A DNA stretch of 64,000 bases from the IMG/VR virus record IMGVR_UViG_3300044878_000031, positions 1 through 64,000 of that record; one strand, written 5' to 3'. The stretch is from a virus. This document shows, piece by piece, positions 1 through 9,787 of this stretch. The notes below the pieces were generated by a model that saw only the letters and a program-made list of their open reading frames with translations, searched no databases and had not been told where the DNA came from. Numbering within the stretch: the first letter of the stretch is position 1; every line of letters begins with the position of its first letter. The position numbers were made by a program, and so were the translations under genes.

Positions 1-3
1 CTT

Positions 4-1698
4 GTGACTGAACTGACTTACACGGAAGATGACATCAAGGGATATGAATGTAAACATGTGGTTTACACCCGTTCCAACAATCGTGATTCTCGTGATGACG
101 CTCTGATCATCAAGAAGGTGATACACCTCAAGAACGGGGATCAGATCCCTACTCTGGATGTGGAGGTCAACTACAAACGTGACTTCTATATCGAACGCAA
201 CAAAGACTACGAAGAGAAGAAGACTCAGCAGAAGCTCAGTCGTCTCCAGAAGTTCTCCTGTACGCAAACTAACCTGATGCCTGCCTTGGGTCGTGCTTTA
301 GGTCGTGGTAAGCTACAGGGTGGTTTACGGACTGTTGCACGTAACCCGTACATCTATGGTGCGGACATTACGACACCGACTCTGCGTAAACAAGAGTTCC
401 GTAGTCAGTACCCTGATTGCATCTCTGCCAACCGCGTAGCCGTATTCGACATTGAAACTGACGTCGTGAATGGCACGATGAAACCGATCTGTATGTCCCT
501 CACTTTCAAGGACAAGGTTTACCTCGTCGCTGTAAAGAGTTGGGTTGGCGACATTACCGACTACGTGCAGAAGTGTCACGAGGCAGCAGCGAAGTACATC
601 GGCGAACACATGGAAGCCCGTAACATCACTCTCGAAGTAGAAGTGGTGGATACTCCGGGTCAAGCTGTGGTAGCAACCTTCAAGCGTGCTCACATGTGGC
701 AGCCTGACTTCGTTACCATCTGGAACATCAACTTCGACTTGCCAAAATGTTTGGAAGTGTTGAAGGAAGAAGGTATCGATCCAGCGTACGTGTTCTCGGA
801 CCCTCGTGTACCGGACGAGTTCAAGTTCTTCCGTTATAAAGAAGGTAGTGCGACTAAGACCACAGCAACTGGTCGGATTGACTCGATTCACCCTGCCGAA
901 CGTTGGCACACCGCTGAGTGTCCTGCAAGCTTCTTCTTGATCGACTCTATGTGCGTCTACAAGCGCATTCGGATGGCGAAACAGAACGAGCCTTCGTATG
1001 GCCTTGATGCGGTCATGAAGAAGAACCTGAAGACTCTGGGGAAACTCAAGTTCACAGAAGCCGATGCTTACTCCGGTTTGCAATGGCACATCTTCATGCA
1101 AGCCAACTACAAAGTCGAATACAGCATTTATAACGTCTTCGACTGTATCGGTGTGGAACTGCTGGACGAGAAGATCAAAGACCTGCAACTGGTTATCACC
1201 ACGCAATCCAAAGCGTCGGAGTACACCATCTATAACTCGCAGCCTCGGCGCTTGGTAGATGACTACTACTTCTTCTGTTTGGAACGTGGCTTCGTGGTAG
1301 CTTCGTGTTCTGACGAGATGGTTCATGAACTGGACCAGTACGTAACAGACATGAAAGGTTGGATCGTTACTCTGCCGTCTCACCAGACTGTGGACAATGG
1401 TCTTAACATCATTGAAGAGATGCCAGACGTCCGTACGTATATCCGGTCGCACGTAGCTGACTTGGACATCGTATCGACTTACCCGAACGTACAAGTGATC
1501 CTGAACATCTCGCGTGAGACTACTCGTCGTGAGCTGTACAAGATTGCTGGCGTACCAGAGCGGGTACAGCGGATGCAGGGGATCAACATCACGGGTGGTC
1601 ACGTCAACGCGGTTGAGGTGGTTTGTTCAATCATGAAGGCTCCTAACTTCGACATGTTGTTGGCTGACTTTGAAGCCGAGCAAAAAGAAGCGGCATAA
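4..1698 (+). CDS. Split family-B DNA polymerase, 3'-5' exonuclease + palm motif A subunit (phiKZ gp82-like); may start upstream of the window
   Basis: ExoI FDIETD, ExoII WNINFDLP, ExoIII YNVFDC, PolB motif A DLDIVSTYPN; motifs B and C are in 37816..40044. Confidence 0.85.
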   Translation: MTELTYTEDDIKGYECKHVVYTRSNNRDSRDDALIIKKVIHLKNGDQIPTLDVEVNYKRDFYIERNKDYEEKKTQQKLSRLQKFSCTQTNLMPALGRALGRGKLQGGLRTVARNPYIYGADITTPTLRKQEFRSQYPDCISANRVAVFDIETDVVNGTMKPICMSLTFKDKVYLVAVKSWVGDITDYVQKCHEAAAKYIGEHMEARNITLEVEVVDTPGQAVVATFKRAHMWQPDFVTIWNINFDLPKCLEVLKEEGIDPAYVFSDPRVPDEFKFFRYKEGSATKTTATGRIDSIHPAERWHTAECPASFFLIDSMCVYKRIRMAKQNEPSYGLDAVMKKNLKTLGKLKFTEADAYSGLQWHIFMQANYKVEYSIYNVFDCIGVELLDEKIKDLQLVITTQSKASEYTIYNSQPRRLVDDYYFFCLERGFVVASCSDEMVHELDQYVTDMKGWIVTLPSHQTVDNGLNIIEEMPDVRTYIRSHVADLDIVSTYPNVQVILNISRETTRRELYKIAGVPERVQRMQGINITGGHVNAVEVVCSIMKAPNFDMLLADFEAEQKEAA

Positions 1699-1710
1699 AA
1701 GCCAAAAAAA

Positions 1711-1740
1711 AAGAAGGGGTGTGAGCCCCTTCTTTATGCC
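1711..1740. terminator. Bidirectional intrinsic terminator
   Basis: AAGAAGGGG-tgtgag-CCCCTTCTT hairpin between convergent genes, A-run on the left, TTTATGCC on the right. Confidence 0.8.
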
Positions 1741-1741
1741 G

Positions 1742-2482
1742 TCACTCAGCGAACTGAATATCGACGTCCTTGAGCATCAGGCAGATGTCTTGGATGATCG
1801 GTAGTAGTGGACGCTGTTCGTACTGGAGCGCTGGGAAGAACTTAGCCGTTGTACCACCCGGCCGCAGAGAACCCACGCAGTGTATAGCTTCCCACGAAGC
1901 CACAGGTCTGTTACCAGAGATACGAGTAGCCAAGCCACGACCGAACCACATCGACAGACCTTTGAAGGTAGGTGCCACGTCTTTCAGCTCACGCATCCAG
2001 ACTCGGATCAAACCGTTCTCGTCAGCCTTAGGACGCATGTCCCATTCGATAGCATCTACGTTCAGCTCTATATAGAAGAGGCCGTTGAGCTTACGCTCAC
2101 GTTGCCAGAACTTCTGGTAGCGTTCACGCATCTCCACACCGGCCCAACGATGTAGCTGGTAGATGGAAGCCATGTCTTTAGCAAAGCCTTTGTCCCGTTC
2201 CAATTGCTCAGGGGTAGGCTTAGGCTCTTTGACGTACAGACGCCAGTTCAACTCAGCCAGTTCGCCTAGGAAGCGCAAACCAGCATCGAGAGTTTTAGGC
2301 AGCTTAGCTTGGCACAGTTCAGTACCGTTATCGAACCACACCACGCAAGGATACTCACGAGGAGTTTCAGGATGGTTGTAACCCATCCCGAAGTGCTCCA
2401 TCTGTACTCGGCCCCACACGTGTTCATTACGAACTACGTAGCCACCCCAAGGGAGTTTCTGGTATTTCAGGTGACTGCTCAT
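1742..2482 (-). CDS. Hypothetical protein (N-terminal YPCVV motif)
   Basis: 246-aa ORF, start overlaps upstream stop (ATGA). Confidence 0.7.
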   Translation of the reverse strand: MSSHLKYQKLPWGGYVVRNEHVWGRVQMEHFGMGYNHPETPREYPCVVWFDNGTELCQAKLPKTLDAGLRFLGELAELNWRLYVKEPKPTPEQLERDKGFAKDMASIYQLHRWAGVEMRERYQKFWQRERKLNGLFYIELNVDAIEWDMRPKADENGLIRVWMRELKDVAPTFKGLSMWFGRGLATRISGNRPVASWEAIHCVGSLRPGGTTAKFFPALQYEQRPLLPIIQDICLMLKDVDIQFAE

Positions 2483-3249
2483 TTCGATACCGCCTTAACA
2501 GCTTTGTGGTGATAGACAGCCCACTCGTCGTGGATGCCTTCAAATTGAGTGTGGTACTCGTTCAACCGATCGGACAGCTCTTGATCGTAAGTAAAGTGAT
2601 CGTCAATCAGGTAGAACATCTGGTCGGAACCAGTACAACCACCTTGGGACTCACCTTGCAAGATCAGAGTCTGACCACCGCGCATCTGCTGTACTACTTT
2701 ACGACCGAACGGAGAACCCAGTGGAGGCCAGCCCATTACCACGACGTTGTAGTCTTGGTTAATGTGGTCCAGAGCGTCACCTACGATCGAGCCGTAGTTA
2801 GGGGAGTCCGGGTGCCAGTAGTTGATGTACAGATCCACCGCAGTGTAATCAGCCACACCGCGTTCACGCAGATGAGCCGCCAGATAACCAGTGCCCGAAG
2901 CTACCTCAAGAACCTTCTTGTCCTTGAGATAGTCGGCGAGGATCATCGCGGTTTCTTCGGTGGTAATGAACCAACCATTTTTCTTGGTGTACTCACTACG
3001 ACGAGACCAGTTGAAATCCCGAGTGAGGAATCGCCATTGTTCATGACTCATCAACGGCTCAGGAGTATCAAACTGATCTGGGACACCGAGCGGCTTAACC
3101 GAGATCGGCTTGTAGACTTCTTGCTTCACCGGCTTCTCAGGCTCTATTACGCTAGGGCCTTTAGTAGCAGGTTGACCAGAGTTCTTCGCCGCCAGTTTCT
3201 GACGACGTTTCTTTTGCACCCAGAATGGTTCATGCGGGTAATAAGACAT
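2479..3249 (-). CDS. Class I SAM-dependent methyltransferase
   Basis: Motif I VLEVASGTGYLA, acidic strand-2 end AVDLY, GDA; RBS GAGGAG. Confidence 0.75.
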   Translation of the reverse strand: MSYYPHEPFWVQKKRRQKLAAKNSGQPATKGPSVIEPEKPVKQEVYKPISVKPLGVPDQFDTPEPLMSHEQWRFLTRDFNWSRRSEYTKKNGWFITTEETAMILADYLKDKKVLEVASGTGYLAAHLRERGVADYTAVDLYINYWHPDSPNYGSIVGDALDHINQDYNVVVMGWPPLGSPFGRKVVQQMRGGQTLILQGESQGGCTGSDQMFYLIDDHFTYDQELSDRLNEYHTQFEGIHDEWAVYHHKAVKAVSK

Positions 3250-3267
3250 GTGCAGTTCTCCTCAGAA

Positions 3268-3546
3268 CTAAAAATTATCGAACTTACCAACCATCTCCTG
3301 GAGGCGTGTTCTGTACTTCTCAACGTTGAACCAGTAGAAATACGGACAGTCAGCAGAACCCACTTGTCCGTGGAAGTTGATCACACACGGGTACTTGACG
3401 TCACCATCACCCGGAGGACGGGCGTTAGTAGGAGTACCGTAGTGACGATGGGCTGCTTCACGCAACCCGATCACATTACGAACAATGTAGACACCGTAAG
3501 TTACTAGGCGGTGGTGTTCTTGACGCGGTTGTTCTACTGCACTCAT
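3268..3546 (-). CDS. Hypothetical protein (YPCV motif)
   Basis: 92-aa ORF, GAGGA RBS, coupled to upstream gene. Confidence 0.65.
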   Translation of the reverse strand: MSAVEQPRQEHHRLVTYGVYIVRNVIGLREAAHRHYGTPTNARPPGDGDVKYPCVINFHGQVGSADCPYFYWFNVEKYRTRLQEMVGKFDNF

Positions 3547-3827
3547 TCCTCTTGTACCTCACGGAACTGAGCCAAGAGTTTGTCCTTGTAAGCTTCCAGA
3601 CACATCCAACGCACACCCATGTCACCCCAACGATCGAAGTAGGTCCATACCACACACGGGTATTTCTTCGGGTAGTTGGTCGGGTAATCCAGAGGCTCGC
3701 CTTCCTCTTTGTGTCCGCGCTTCACGAGGTCACGGTAAGCAGCTTGCGTACGGCACAGATGACCGCCACACATCAAGCGTTTGTAATTCGGTTTTGGATC
3801 TGTTGCTAACTTCAATGCTGTTGTCAT
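3543..3827 (-). CDS. Hypothetical protein (YPCVV motif)
   Basis: Start MTTALK after AAAGGGA RBS. Confidence 0.65.
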   Translation of the reverse strand: MTTALKLATDPKPNYKRLMCGGHLCRTQAAYRDLVKRGHKEEGEPLDYPTNYPKKYPCVVWTYFDRWGDMGVRWMCLEAYKDKLLAQFREVQEE

Positions 3828-3887
3828 AATTCCCTTTACCCACAATGATTGGGATTAGAAAAAAGAAAGGGCCGGAGCCCTTTCGAA

Positions 3888-4274
3888 TTATTGTTTATGC
3901 GGCTCGAGGAATTCGTGGATACGCCCACGAGTCCTACGAACCCATCTTCCGCACGGTACTTGAGTGCCAGACTTAAAGCCTTGCTGTACTCGGCGTGCCG
4001 TTGAATCGAATATCAGAGGCAAAGGATAATACAACCATTGCCCTCCCACCGTACGACGCACTAACGTGTAGTTGTACTCACGACTTTCTTCATCGTGGAA
4101 AATGCCACGTACACAAGCCTGGATCTCATGATCTCTAAGCACATCGTAGATAATGCGGTGCTTACCTGTCTTCTCGCAAGTGAAGGCCTTCTTTCGGAAG
4201 AGAGTACCTTCAATCACGTGTTCGTAGGTTTTACCGTTTTGTTCTACGATGATGCGGTCGGTGGTTTCGCTCAT
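3888..4274 (-). CDS. Hypothetical protein
   Basis: 128-aa ORF, ATGA coupling, followed by hairpin + T-run. Confidence 0.65.
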   Translation of the reverse strand: MSETTDRIIVEQNGKTYEHVIEGTLFRKKAFTCEKTGKHRIIYDVLRDHEIQACVRGIFHDEESREYNYTLVRRTVGGQWLYYPLPLIFDSTARRVQQGFKSGTQVPCGRWVRRTRGRIHEFLEPHKQ

Positions 4275-4564
4275 GGGACTTGAATCCCGTTCCGGTTAAC
4301 CCACTCAACAACTTCGGCCTGAATCTTCTCCAGCTTCTCAGGTGGATACTTCTTCGGGTCAAAGAGCACGTGGTCGCCGTCTTGCAACTCGAAGTCAAAG
4401 AACGACTTACCAGTTGCGTAGTTGTAGCAGTCACCCTGATTGCAGTGGGCAGGCTGCATGTCCTTTACCCAATCAGGATCTTTGTTTGTTGTAGCTTGAG
4501 CACCAACGTTCGCCTGAGCAGTTGCACAGGTTACCAGTAGCATTACAGCGAAAAGGCTTTTCAT
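4271..4564 (-). CDS. Small secreted protein
   Basis: Signal peptide MKSLFAVMLLVTCATAQA, AAGGAAG RBS. Confidence 0.7.
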   Translation of the reverse strand: MKSLFAVMLLVTCATAQANVGAQATTNKDPDWVKDMQPAHCNQGDCYNYATGKSFFDFELQDGDHVLFDPKKYPPEKLEKIQAEVVEWVNRNGIQVP

Positions 4565-4596
4565 GTGTCTTCCTTAAGACTATTTTTTATAAAGGC

Positions 4597-4890
4597 TTAT
4601 TGCTTTGGTGCAGCGTCTTCAACGATAACAATCCGTTGATTGTCGAAACAAGCAGGCAGTTGGTGTGCCGCCTTGAGTGCTTCGTAGTCTTCCACAGGGA
4701 TCTCAGTATCGAGAGCTGTGTAAGTGATGTAGCGAAACCCGCCTTCGACCTCAACGATCTTGTTCGGGTGCGGTGACGGGTCAGCCCCTTTGTGGAGCTT
4801 ATCGGCAATCCAGTTCAGGATGTGTTGCGCTTCCTCGACAGTCTTGAAGAGTTTTTCGGAAGTGTGTTCGCAGAGTACTCGAGCCATCAA
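4597..4890 (-). CDS. Hypothetical protein
   Basis: 97-aa ORF in operon. Confidence 0.6.
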   Translation of the reverse strand: MMARVLCEHTSEKLFKTVEEAQHILNWIADKLHKGADPSPHPNKIVEVEGGFRYITYTALDTEIPVEDYEALKAAHQLPACFDNQRIVIVEDAAPKQ

Positions 4891-5159
4891 CCTTTCTCCT
4901 TCACGTCAGCCGCAGCGATGTTGTTCTTGATCATGCGGTACACAACCCAGACCGACACCACTACGAGAACCAGCAACCACGCTCGCATCAAAGCGAAGAT
5001 GATTGCGATTACCCCCATACCTACTGGGGAGAAGTTACGTACACCCCACAGTGCGATCTTAGACCACACGTTTTCTTCACCTGTCTCCAGGTAAACTTGA
5101 TGGCACTTCCACACGAGGAACAAGCAGAAGTACACGATAAACAGGATTACAAAATTCAT
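4887..5159 (-). CDS. Small membrane protein
   Basis: 2-3 hydrophobic segments; AGGAG RBS. Confidence 0.65.
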   Translation of the reverse strand: MNFVILFIVYFCLFLVWKCHQVYLETGEENVWSKIALWGVRNFSPVGMGVIAIIFALMRAWLLVLVVVSVWVVYRMIKNNIAAADVKEKG

Positions 5160-5169
5160 TCTCTTCTCC

Positions 5170-5469
5170 TTAGAAGATGTAGGTTACAGTTTTGTGTGGA
5201 ACGATTGACTCCACGTACTCGTACTTCACAGGGCGTACTTCCTGAGGAGAGTTCGAGTAGTCTTGCGGAACTTGTGCTTCTGGTGCATCGGTGCGAGGAC
5301 CGACGTACGGCAGGGCAACCGCAGTGAACACGAGGAACACTACGAAGCCCAACACCAACCAGCGCAGGAAAGCGTTCTGCTTTGCCAGTTCACGTTGATC
5401 CACGTTTTCCAGATTGTGGATCAGCTTTTGATTTTGCTCAGAACCCTTATCCATTATTGACCCACCCAT
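5170..5469 (-). CDS. Small single-pass membrane protein
   Basis: WLVLGFVVFLVFTAVALPY transmembrane segment. Confidence 0.6.
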   Translation of the reverse strand: MGGSIMDKGSEQNQKLIHNLENVDQRELAKQNAFLRWLVLGFVVFLVFTAVALPYVGPRTDAPEAQVPQDYSNSPQEVRPVKYEYVESIVPHKTVTYIF

Positions 5470-5654
5470 ACTTTGGCTTCAGTTTGTTCCAGGGTGCCGT
5501 CGGACAGCACGACGGTTTGCTTCACCAGGCACCAGCCCGCTTCACACTTGCTCGGCTCAGTCTTCAGATCTTTGGTCAGGTACGCAGCGTAACCAACGGA
5601 AGCGAAGGAGGCCAGGCAGACAACAACGATAGCAGCTTTAACAAACTTATTCAC
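5454..5654 (-). CDS. Small exported protein
   Basis: Signal peptide-like N terminus, Cys pair, AGGA RBS. Confidence 0.55.
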   Translation of the reverse strand: MNKFVKAAIVVVCLASFASVGYAAYLTKDLKTEPSKCEAGWCLVKQTVVLSDGTLEQTEAKVWVGQ

Positions 5655-5718
5655 AACAGTATTCCTACTTAGGAGATTAGATTAGATTGGAAAGTGGGGA
5701 CCGAAGTCCCCGGTACTA

Positions 5719-6189
5719 TCAGCGGCGAGCTTTCGCCAAGATAGCATTTACCAACGAAGGTTGACGGCTTTCACCATCCCGGTTGGCAATCCCACGAGTC
5801 ACCCAGTCCAACGCCGTAGCGTGGTGGAGTGCTATGAGATCAGCAGCCTGGTTGTGAGTCACCTGACCCTCGTCCCGACGCTTCAGCATTTCCTCCCGGA
5901 AAGCCAGCGCCACATTCTCGTACTTCCGGTCACCATAGACACGGTCGTAAAGAATGTTGCCCATCGTGTTACCGACGGCGATCATACCGGCGTCAGTCAT
6001 TGGCAGCTCATTGGTTTGAGCCACGTGACGGATAGCCAGTGCAATCAGCACCCCACGACGAGAGGGTTGCTTGAACAGCGAGTCTGCGAAGGCAGCTCCT
6101 TTGTCCAAGTCCACAATCTTCATACCCAGACGGCGAGCCCATACGGACAGGTTCTGGTGAGTAGCGGTTTTGTAAGTAGTCATGAGCAT
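5719..6189 (-). CDS. Early hypothetical protein
   Basis: First ORF after TATATTAC promoter, CCTCAGAAGGAAG leader. Confidence 0.7.
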   Translation of the reverse strand: MLMTTYKTATHQNLSVWARRLGMKIVDLDKGAAFADSLFKQPSRRGVLIALAIRHVAQTNELPMTDAGMIAVGNTMGNILYDRVYGDRKYENVALAFREEMLKRRDEGQVTHNQAADLIALHHATALDWVTRGIANRDGESRQPSLVNAILAKARR

Positions 6190-6244
6190 CTTCCTTCTGA
6201 GGAAAAGAGATTAAAGACAAGATTTATCTAGTCTATTCACTGTA

Positions 6245-6252
6245 GTAATATA
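6245..6252 (-). promoter_or_regulatory. Early (virion RNAP) promoter TATATTAC
   Basis: Matches the phiKZ early consensus; context TCTCAAATC-TATATTAC-TACA-GTGA. Confidence 0.75.
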
Positions 6253-6459
6253 GATTTGAGATTTTTTTATTTGGAGTTTTACACCTATGTAGTGAATACA
6301 GGCAATGTCAACATTGCTCGCAAGGGGGTGATCCAGCCTTAGTGTGTTCTCCGAATCCTTGGAACGCTGCGAAGCATCCTAAAACGGATTCACGGCTGCC
6401 TGTGTTCGCCTGCTCCTTCGGGGGCAGGCTTTTATTCCCTAATCAACAGGATACTCACA

Positions 6460-6963
6460 ATGCAAGTAACGACCACCAAGATGACGATCGATTACGATGC
6501 GATCATGCAGGGGCTTACAGCAGCAGTAGAAGCACGGAAAGAATCAGCACTCTGGTGCAACGCAGAAGGACCCACTCTGCTGAAAGAATTCCGTACCATC
6601 GGTATCGTTGTCCCTCGTCAGTGTGGTCGTACCTACACCGCACTCAAGCGACTGGTAGAGAACGAGCGCGCAATGCTGATTGTTCCGAACAGCGCTGTCC
6701 GTGATTCGATGGCTACCAACTACCACCACCACTGCGGTCAGGAATTGGGTGCTTACGCCAAGGCACGCATCTATACCTACCGTAGCGTCCAGGAAGCGAT
6801 GAAGGCTGTGTTCAAAGACCAGCAAGACATTCTCATTGCCAATGCGAACGAGATCATTGTGGATGACGCACTGTTCTTCTTCGAGGACGTTCGTCGCAAC
6901 CAGTTCTACAAATGGCTACACACCCGTGGTGGTGATGACCAGTTGATTGTCCTGTTGAGCTAA
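6460..6963 (+). CDS. Degenerate P-loop NTPase-like protein
   Basis: VPRQCGRT (Walker A-like, K>R) and IIVDD (Walker B-like). Confidence 0.5.
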   Translation: MQVTTTKMTIDYDAIMQGLTAAVEARKESALWCNAEGPTLLKEFRTIGIVVPRQCGRTYTALKRLVENERAMLIVPNSAVRDSMATNYHHHCGQELGAYAKARIYTYRSVQEAMKAVFKDQQDILIANANEIIVDDALFFFEDVRRNQFYKWLHTRGGDDQLIVLLS

Positions 6964-7002
6964 AAAAAAAGCAGAGGTTAAGGCCTCTGCTTTTATGCCG
7001 CC

Positions 7003-7365
7003 TTACGAGCGAGCTTTCTTCAAAGCTGCTTCTACTAAGGGGTTCTGACGCGCGTTGTCTTCTGACATCAACTTGAGCAGGGATGGGCTAGATTTAACCA
7101 ACGGGGACATCTCCATCTCAAACCGACCACCTTTACGAATGTGCAATACTCCGAGCTGGTTACCTAATTCGATACTGGCGAACTCAATGAAGTCGCCCTC
7201 GTTGCAATAGCTAATAGCCAACTGCAACATCCTTGGCATAGCTGTGTCGAAGTAAGCGTAAGTCCGAACCATGGTGATCTCTTTGGATCTACCGCGATAC
7301 ATGGTGGCAACAACACGACGGCGGTGTGGGCTGTTCAATTCGATGTCAAGTTTAGATTTGGCCAT
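7003..7365 (-). CDS. Hypothetical protein
   Basis: 120-aa ORF, AAGGA RBS. Confidence 0.7.
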   Translation of the reverse strand: MAKSKLDIELNSPHRRRVVATMYRGRSKEITMVRTYAYFDTAMPRMLQLAISYCNEGDFIEFASIELGNQLGVLHIRKGGRFEMEMSPLVKSSPSLLKLMSEDNARQNPLVEAALKKARS

Positions 7366-7403
7366 GATTATTTTCCTTCTAAGGACTTAAGCTTAATGTA
7401 GTG

Positions 7404-8078
7404 TTACTTCAGCTTCATCTTGCGCTGAGCAATCACGAGTGTTTGTTCGTAGGTGCGATGGAACCGAACTCTGTCCTTATGCTGGACTTTAACCTTCTCT
7501 GTTTCTTTGTCTTGCACCAAGCCAGCCACGCTATACACGTCTGTGCTAGAATGTGGGTCACGGTGAATAGCCATCTGAAAGGCATCGAACCAACCGACGT
7601 TGAAAGACATTTTGTAAGTGTGGAAGTAAGAGGACCCAGAACCAATCGAGATCGGTAGGTCTGTCTCTTCAATCTCTTTCAAAGCAAAGAGCTTTTTACG
7701 AGGAGAGATCGAGAACCGATAGACTGTGTTGTCTTCCGTTACGATCAGAGCGCTACCGTCTGGGATGTTGAGCTTTTCTAGGTTGATGTAGTCCAACACT
7801 TTGACAATGTGTCGAAGGTCAGACTTCTCTGGCCAGATGCCCTTTAGGAAGTTTTGGAGGTTCGCACTCCCAGCACAACCGTACATCATTGCAACCTTAC
7901 CATCGATGTAACGACGATGATCTTCGACCTTATTACTGAGGACTGTGATCTTCTTGGAATCTTGTTTATTGCCGAACCCAGTGGAACCACATTCGTTACA
8001 AGCGAAGTGCATTGGATTGACATTAGTGGAACGCAGATCGGCATACATCACTTTGCCGTTTGTTGCGATAGTAGTCAC
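7404..8078 (-). CDS. Ntn-hydrolase / HslV-proteasome-beta-like peptidase
   Basis: N-terminal (M)TTIA...AD, K at the KI motif, GCAGS, SIGSGS, RDPHS. Confidence 0.65.
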   Translation of the reverse strand: MTTIATNGKVMYADLRSTNVNPMHFACNECGSTGFGNKQDSKKITVLSNKVEDHRRYIDGKVAMMYGCAGSANLQNFLKGIWPEKSDLRHIVKVLDYINLEKLNIPDGSALIVTEDNTVYRFSISPRKKLFALKEIEETDLPISIGSGSSYFHTYKMSFNVGWFDAFQMAIHRDPHSSTDVYSVAGLVQDKETEKVKVQHKDRVRFHRTYEQTLVIAQRKMKLK

Positions 8079-8135
8079 GCTTGCTTTCCTTCTGAGGAGT
8101 AGGGCTCCCGAAAGAGCCCAGATTAAGTTTGGGTA

Positions 8136-9209
8136 TTACTTACCAGCTTCTTCGTTGGACTTCTTGACAAAGGCCGCTTGGATCAGCAGCTTGACTTCAT
8201 TCAGGGCTTTGATCACAGGACCGGAACGGCCAGCCGAGTATTCCAGAATGGTGTCGCCAGCCAGTTGTTCGTATTCAGCAGAACGGTCTACAGGCTTCAC
8301 TGGTTGGAAGTGGCGCTTGAAGACGGCATCCAACATCACCACGGTAGCCGGTTCGAGTTGACCTGGACCTTTGTTCACGAGTTGGCTGAGGATCGCGTTG
8401 ATGACCGCATCAGGATTGGTTGGTTCAGGCTTGGTTGGTTCTGGTTCATTGGACATGCGCTTGATCGGAGGCATCGGGCAAGGAGCCACCAAAGACACGA
8501 CCCAATCACCCAGACGGAACTGACGAGTCCAGCGCAGGAACTCGTTGTAGTCGTCAGCATGACCAGCCACGCCCAGACTCACAGCGTCACGGCTAGGACC
8601 GAAGACGTCAACCCAGTGAATGTCACCGTTCAGACCAGACCAAACCAAGCAGTTACCGAATTCTAGATTCTTCGGACCACTGTTAGGCATCTGACCTTCA
8701 CGGTATTGACCCGGACGGTTTTCCATCATGATTGCCATACGGGCCGAGTGGATCATGCCATTGCCTTCGACAAAGCAGTCCACACCTTCAAACGCTTCAC
8801 GAGCGTCACGGACGTCGTGGATACGGTACAACGGCTTTACCGCAGCGAACTCGAGGAGTCGCACGTAGGTAGGGTTGTAGTTGCTGGAGACCAGCGCACT
8901 GAAGATCGAGTCGGCAGTCTTGCGATCACCCAGGCAGCCAGTACGGAACTGGTTGTACATCTTTTCGCTTGGAGTTACGAACTGAATCTTGTCGCCACGG
9001 GAGAAGCGAGGATCAATGGTGAACTGACCGTTGAACTCAAAGCCCCACTCTTCACCTTCGAGGAAGAGCAGTTGTACAGGCTCGTCATGGATGGTGAACA
9101 AACCCACAGCCACTACGTTTCTGATCTCGCCAGGACGACGGGGATCTTCAATCATTACGGTATTGCGTTCGAGGGCCAGGCGGTCAATTACAGGCTGCAA
9201 CAGGGACAT
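8136..9209 (-). CDS. Early hypothetical protein
   Basis: 357-aa ORF after early promoter, GAAGGAAG RBS. Confidence 0.75.
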   Translation of the reverse strand: MSLLQPVIDRLALERNTVMIEDPRRPGEIRNVVAVGLFTIHDEPVQLLFLEGEEWGFEFNGQFTIDPRFSRGDKIQFVTPSEKMYNQFRTGCLGDRKTADSIFSALVSSNYNPTYVRLLEFAAVKPLYRIHDVRDAREAFEGVDCFVEGNGMIHSARMAIMMENRPGQYREGQMPNSGPKNLEFGNCLVWSGLNGDIHWVDVFGPSRDAVSLGVAGHADDYNEFLRWTRQFRLGDWVVSLVAPCPMPPIKRMSNEPEPTKPEPTNPDAVINAILSQLVNKGPGQLEPATVVMLDAVFKRHFQPVKPVDRSAEYEQLAGDTILEYSAGRSGPVIKALNEVKLLIQAAFVKKSNEEAGK

Positions 9210-9282
9210 GTGACACTTCCTTCTCAGGGTTCTATAGATAGATTAGGTATGTGAGATTAAACAACAGTTGTCTCTCACCTAA

Positions 9283-9290
9283 GTAATATA
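9283..9290 (-). promoter_or_regulatory. Early promoter TATATTAC
   Basis: TCTCAAGTG-TATATTAC-TTAG-GTGA. Confidence 0.75.
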
Positions 9291-9340
9291 CACTTGAGAT
9301 TTGTTTGAATGCGGGCATAAAGGGGCCGAAGCCCCTGACG

Positions 9341-9787
9341 CTAATAAAGGATGATACTCACTGGCAACTCAGTCTCAGTCAGGTACTTGTCCACCAAAGG
9401 CTTAAAGTTCTTCACGTAGTCCAATTGCCCGTGACCACAACCCAGAGCAGGGATACCCAGTTCAGTAATCCCCAACTCTTTGTAGCGTGCCACTAAATCC
9501 TCAAAGCCTTTAATCAGGTATTCTTCTTTGCTAGGGTTAACAAAGTGTTCCTTCGTTGGGAACAGCAGTACCTGTTGGCAAGAACCCGGAATGGGATAAA
9601 CAACAAGCTTACCCACATCTAGTCTTTTCTCTTTCAACGCACGCTGATAAAACCCGAGCAGTCCTGGCGTCCTGTACTTGAACGCTGCTGCCAAACCGTT
9701 ACCCAGTGTACCCCAGGTATTAACTGGACAGGCCACCGTTTGTAAGCCACACTCGAACAGTGAGCCATCGCCTTCGAATTTGATCAT
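9341..9787 (-). CDS. Macro domain protein (Poa1p/DarG-like ADP-ribose processing)
   Basis: PVNTWGTLGNGLA, FPTK-H, IPALGCGHGQL motifs. Confidence 0.85.
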   Translation of the reverse strand: MIKFEGDGSLFECGLQTVACPVNTWGTLGNGLAAAFKYRTPGLLGFYQRALKEKRLDVGKLVVYPIPGSCQQVLLFPTKEHFVNPSKEEYLIKGFEDLVARYKELGITELGIPALGCGHGQLDYVKNFKPLVDKYLTETELPVSIILY

